Assembly (NCBI GenBank): GCA_030148025.1
Contig: JASBUG010000037.1
Location: forward strand, 1 to 64,000
Reading direction: 5' to 3'
Length of the DNA: 64,000 bases
From: Flavobacteriaceae bacterium
Lineage (GTDB): Bacteria > Bacteroidota > Bacteroidia > Flavobacteriales > Flavobacteriaceae
Part shown: piece after piece, positions 61,282-64,000 of the stretch
Position numbering within the stretch: the first letter of the stretch is position 1
Layout: each line of letters starts with the position of its first letter
Program-made: the position numbers and the translations under genes
Notes under the pieces: model-generated
The model's input: only the letters and a program-made list of their open reading frames with translations
What the model was told of the DNA's origin: nothing
Databases searched by the model: none

Positions 61282-62430
61282 ATGAAAAAGAATATCATTT
61301 TAATTTTTGCGATGCTATGCATAGGCAACGTGTTTTCTCAAACAATTTATGAAGATTTCCCATCTTCCAAGCTCGGGGAAACAAGACAACTTAAAATTCA
61401 GTTACCTAGAAATTATGAAGCAAATACAGAGAAATCGTATCCTTTATTTGTAGTTCTAGATGGTGATTATTTATTTGAAGTTGTTGCTGGAAATGTAGAC
61501 TATTATTCGTATTGGGAAGATATGCCCGAAGCAATCATAGTAGGGATTAATCAGGTAGAAACAAGAAATTCAGACTGCTATTACTCTGAACAAAACTATT
61601 TGCCAGCTGAAACAGGTGCAAAGTTCTTTGAATTTATAGGGATGGAACTCATTCCTCATTTAAATAATAAATATAGAACGGCTAATTTTAAAGTGGCAGT
61701 TGGTCATGGTGAAACAGCCAATTTTATAAACTATTACTTGTTTAAAAAAGACCCTTTATTTCAGGCATATATAACACTTAGTCCTGATCTAGCACCAGGA
61801 ATGATTGAAAATCTGCCGGAACGATTAAAACAAATTCCAAACAAAACGTTTTATTATTTAGCAACTGCAACTAATGATATTAAACCATTAAGAGAAGATG
61901 CAAATGTCTTAAACAAATCGTTGTCAGCGATAGAGAATAAACAAGTGTTATTTAATTTTGATGAGTTTGAAGGACCAACCCATTATTCTACCCCAGCTCA
62001 TGCAATTCCTAAGGCTCTTGAAAATATATTCTTCGTATTTCAACCTATCAGCAAAAAGGAATATAAAGAACATATTTTAACCTTAGAAACTTCGCCTGTA
62101 GATTATTTGAATGAGAAATACCAAATGATAAATGAGTTATTCAATTTAAAGAAACAAGTACTAGTTAACGATTTTAAAGCAATTGCAGCGGCAATTGAAA
62201 AGAATAAACTGTTTAAAGAGTATGAAGCTTTAGGTAAGCTTGCAAGAAAAGAGTATCCAGACACGGTTCTGGGGCATTATTATTTGGGACGATTCTACGA
62301 AGAAGAAGGACAGCCAAAAAAAGCAATGCGCACTTATAGATCTGCGTATGTTTTAGAAGAGATTGGAGGTTATACTAAAGATGAAATGATGGACAGAGCA
62401 GATGCAATAAAAAGAGACTTTGGATATTAA
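61282..62430 (+). CDS. Secreted esterase-family alpha/beta hydrolase with a C-terminal helical (TPR-like) region
   Basis: Signal peptide. YPLFVVLDGDYLFE resembles the putative-esterase PF00756 N-terminal block. Confidence 0.45.
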   Translation: MKKNIILIFAMLCIGNVFSQTIYEDFPSSKLGETRQLKIQLPRNYEANTEKSYPLFVVLDGDYLFEVVAGNVDYYSYWEDMPEAIIVGINQVETRNSDCYYSEQNYLPAETGAKFFEFIGMELIPHLNNKYRTANFKVAVGHGETANFINYYLFKKDPLFQAYITLSPDLAPGMIENLPERLKQIPNKTFYYLATATNDIKPLREDANVLNKSLSAIENKQVLFNFDEFEGPTHYSTPAHAIPKALENIFFVFQPISKKEYKEHILTLETSPVDYLNEKYQMINELFNLKKQVLVNDFKAIAAAIEKNKLFKEYEALGKLARKEYPDTVLGHYYLGRFYEEEGQPKKAMRTYRSAYVLEEIGGYTKDEMMDRADAIKRDFGY

Positions 62431-62564
62431 TTCAATAAAGAATGTCATACTGAGCATTACTGAAAACAAAATTATGTTGTTTGAAAGTAGCTAGTAAAAC
62501 TAGTCGAAGTATCTCATTAAAAAATAATCTAAATTGAGATTTCCGCTTTCACGGAAAATAAATA

Positions 62565-63925
62565 TGGCAAAAGTAAAAACCACCTTTTTCTGCCAGAGTT
62601 GTGGCAGTCAATTTTCAAAATGGCAAGGGCAATGTTCTGCTTGTAAACAATGGAATACTATTGTTGAAGAAGTGGTTCAAAAAGTTGAGAAAAATGACTG
62701 GAAGTCATCTTCTCAAAATACGTCAAAACGTATTTCAAAACCTTTGAAGATCAATGAGATCGATTCAGCCAAAGAAGCTAGAATGTTGACTCATGACACC
62801 GAACTTAACCGAGTTTTAGGCGGTGGAATTGTTCCGGGATCGCTAACATTATTAGGTGGCGAACCAGGGATAGGGAAGAGTACATTATTGCTTCAGATTT
62901 CGCTAAAATTGCAATATAAAACCTTATATGTTTCGGGTGAAGAAAGCCAAAAACAAATAAAAATGCGTGCCGAACGCATTAACCCAGATAACAATAATTG
63001 CTACATTCTTACTGAAACTAAAACGCAGAATATTTTTAAACAGATTGAGGCTTTAGAACCTGAGATTGTAATTATCGATTCTATTCAAACTTTGCATAGT
63101 GATTATATAGAATCTTCTGCAGGCAGTATTTCGCAAATAAAAGAGTGTACAAGTGAACTCATCAAATTTGCAAAGGAAACGTCGACTCCAGTATTGTTAA
63201 TTGGTCATATTACCAAAGATGGTCATATTGCTGGTCCTAAGATTTTGGAACATATGGTTGATACTGTGTTACAGTTTGAAGGCGATAGAAATCATGTGTT
63301 TAGAATTTTACGTGCACACAAAAATCGTTTTGGGTCTACTAATGAATTGGGAATTTACGAAATGCAAGGTTCTGGGTTAAGGGAAGTAACCAACCCAAGC
63401 GAAATTCTAATTTCTAAAAAAGACGAAGAACTTTCAGGTAATGCCATAGCTGTTACTTTGGAAGGCATGAGGCCATTGCTAATTGAAGTGCAAGCTTTGG
63501 TAAGTACAGCCGTTTATGGTACTCCACAACGTTCGGCAACAGGTTTTAACGCAAAACGCTTAAACATGTTGTTGGCAGTTTTAGAAAAACGTGCTGGTTT
63601 TAGATTAGGTGCAAAAGATGTATTCTTGAATATCACAGGAGGTATTTCTATAGACGATCCAGCGACTGATTTGGCGGTTGTTGCAGCGATTTTATCGTCT
63701 AATGAAGATGAAGCACTTCCAAAAGATGTGTGTTTTGCAGGTGAAGTAGGTTTGTCTGGAGAAATCCGCCCTGTACAACGTGTAGAACAACGTATTCTGG
63801 AAGCTGAAAAACTTGGATTTTCAACCATTTTTGTGTCTAAATACAATAAAATTTCTTTAAAAAATACAGCTATTAAAATTCAATTAGTATCTAAGATTGA
63901 AGATTTAGTTGGCTACTTGGTTTAG
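62565..63925 (+). CDS. radA: DNA repair protein RadA/Sms
   Basis: N-terminal C4 zinc finger (CQSCGSQFSKWQGQCSACKQW), Walker A (GGEPGIGKST) and a Lon-like C-terminus. The start is taken at the ATG at 62565. Confidence 0.9.
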
Positions 63926-63926
63926 A

Positions 63927-64000
63927 ATGAAAGTTGTAAAAATAAACTCTGAAGACATTAATAGTTGGGGAGATTTTCATGACATTTTTGAAAAACTATT
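63927..64000 (+). CDS. Start of an ORF truncated by the window end
   Basis: ATG at 63927 (MKVVKINSEDINSWGDFHDIFEKL...). Too short to assign. Confidence 0.2.
   Translation, partial: MKVVKINSEDINSWGDFHDIFEKL

Overview
A ~64 kb chromosomal segment that looks like a Flavobacteriia (Bacteroidota) genome. The basis is low GC (~33%), T9SS C-terminal sorting domains, SusC-like TonB receptors and Bacteroidetes-type TAnnTTTG -7 promoter elements. Gene density is high (~70 genes) and most genes are housekeeping: nadD, gmk, yicC, gdhA, recO, recX, bioB/A/D/F, umuC/umuD, atpD/atpC, glmS, panC/panD and radA. I found no rRNA, tRNA, CRISPR array, integrase or transposase. Points of interest: (1) a ~360 bp cassette with perfect 16 bp terminal inverted repeats, carrying a GIY-YIG ORF with an in-frame TAA, inserted exactly between umuC and umuD. 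A second intact GIY-YIG mini-ORF is bracketed by two related palindromic hairpins. (2) A scattered biotin locus with no recognisable pimelate-synthesis genes (bioC/H/G/W/I/Z), in which a KAS I/II-like condensing enzyme sits next to bioA. (3) A DUF2007 + zinc-ribbon ORF translationally coupled inside bioF-bioD, with a 10 bp palindrome in the bioF promoter region. (4) A tandem pair of paralogous Cys-containing lipoproteins of unrecognised family. (5) A tight four-gene operon: Zn-ribbon, two DUF2975 paralogs, XRE regulator. (6) A flotillin-NfeD pair with an acidic D/G repeat. (7) A beta-propeller T9SS protein overlapping recO by one base. (8) A TonB receptor paired with an SGNH hydrolase lipoprotein. 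All functional calls rest on remembered family motifs read from the translations. No database search was possible.
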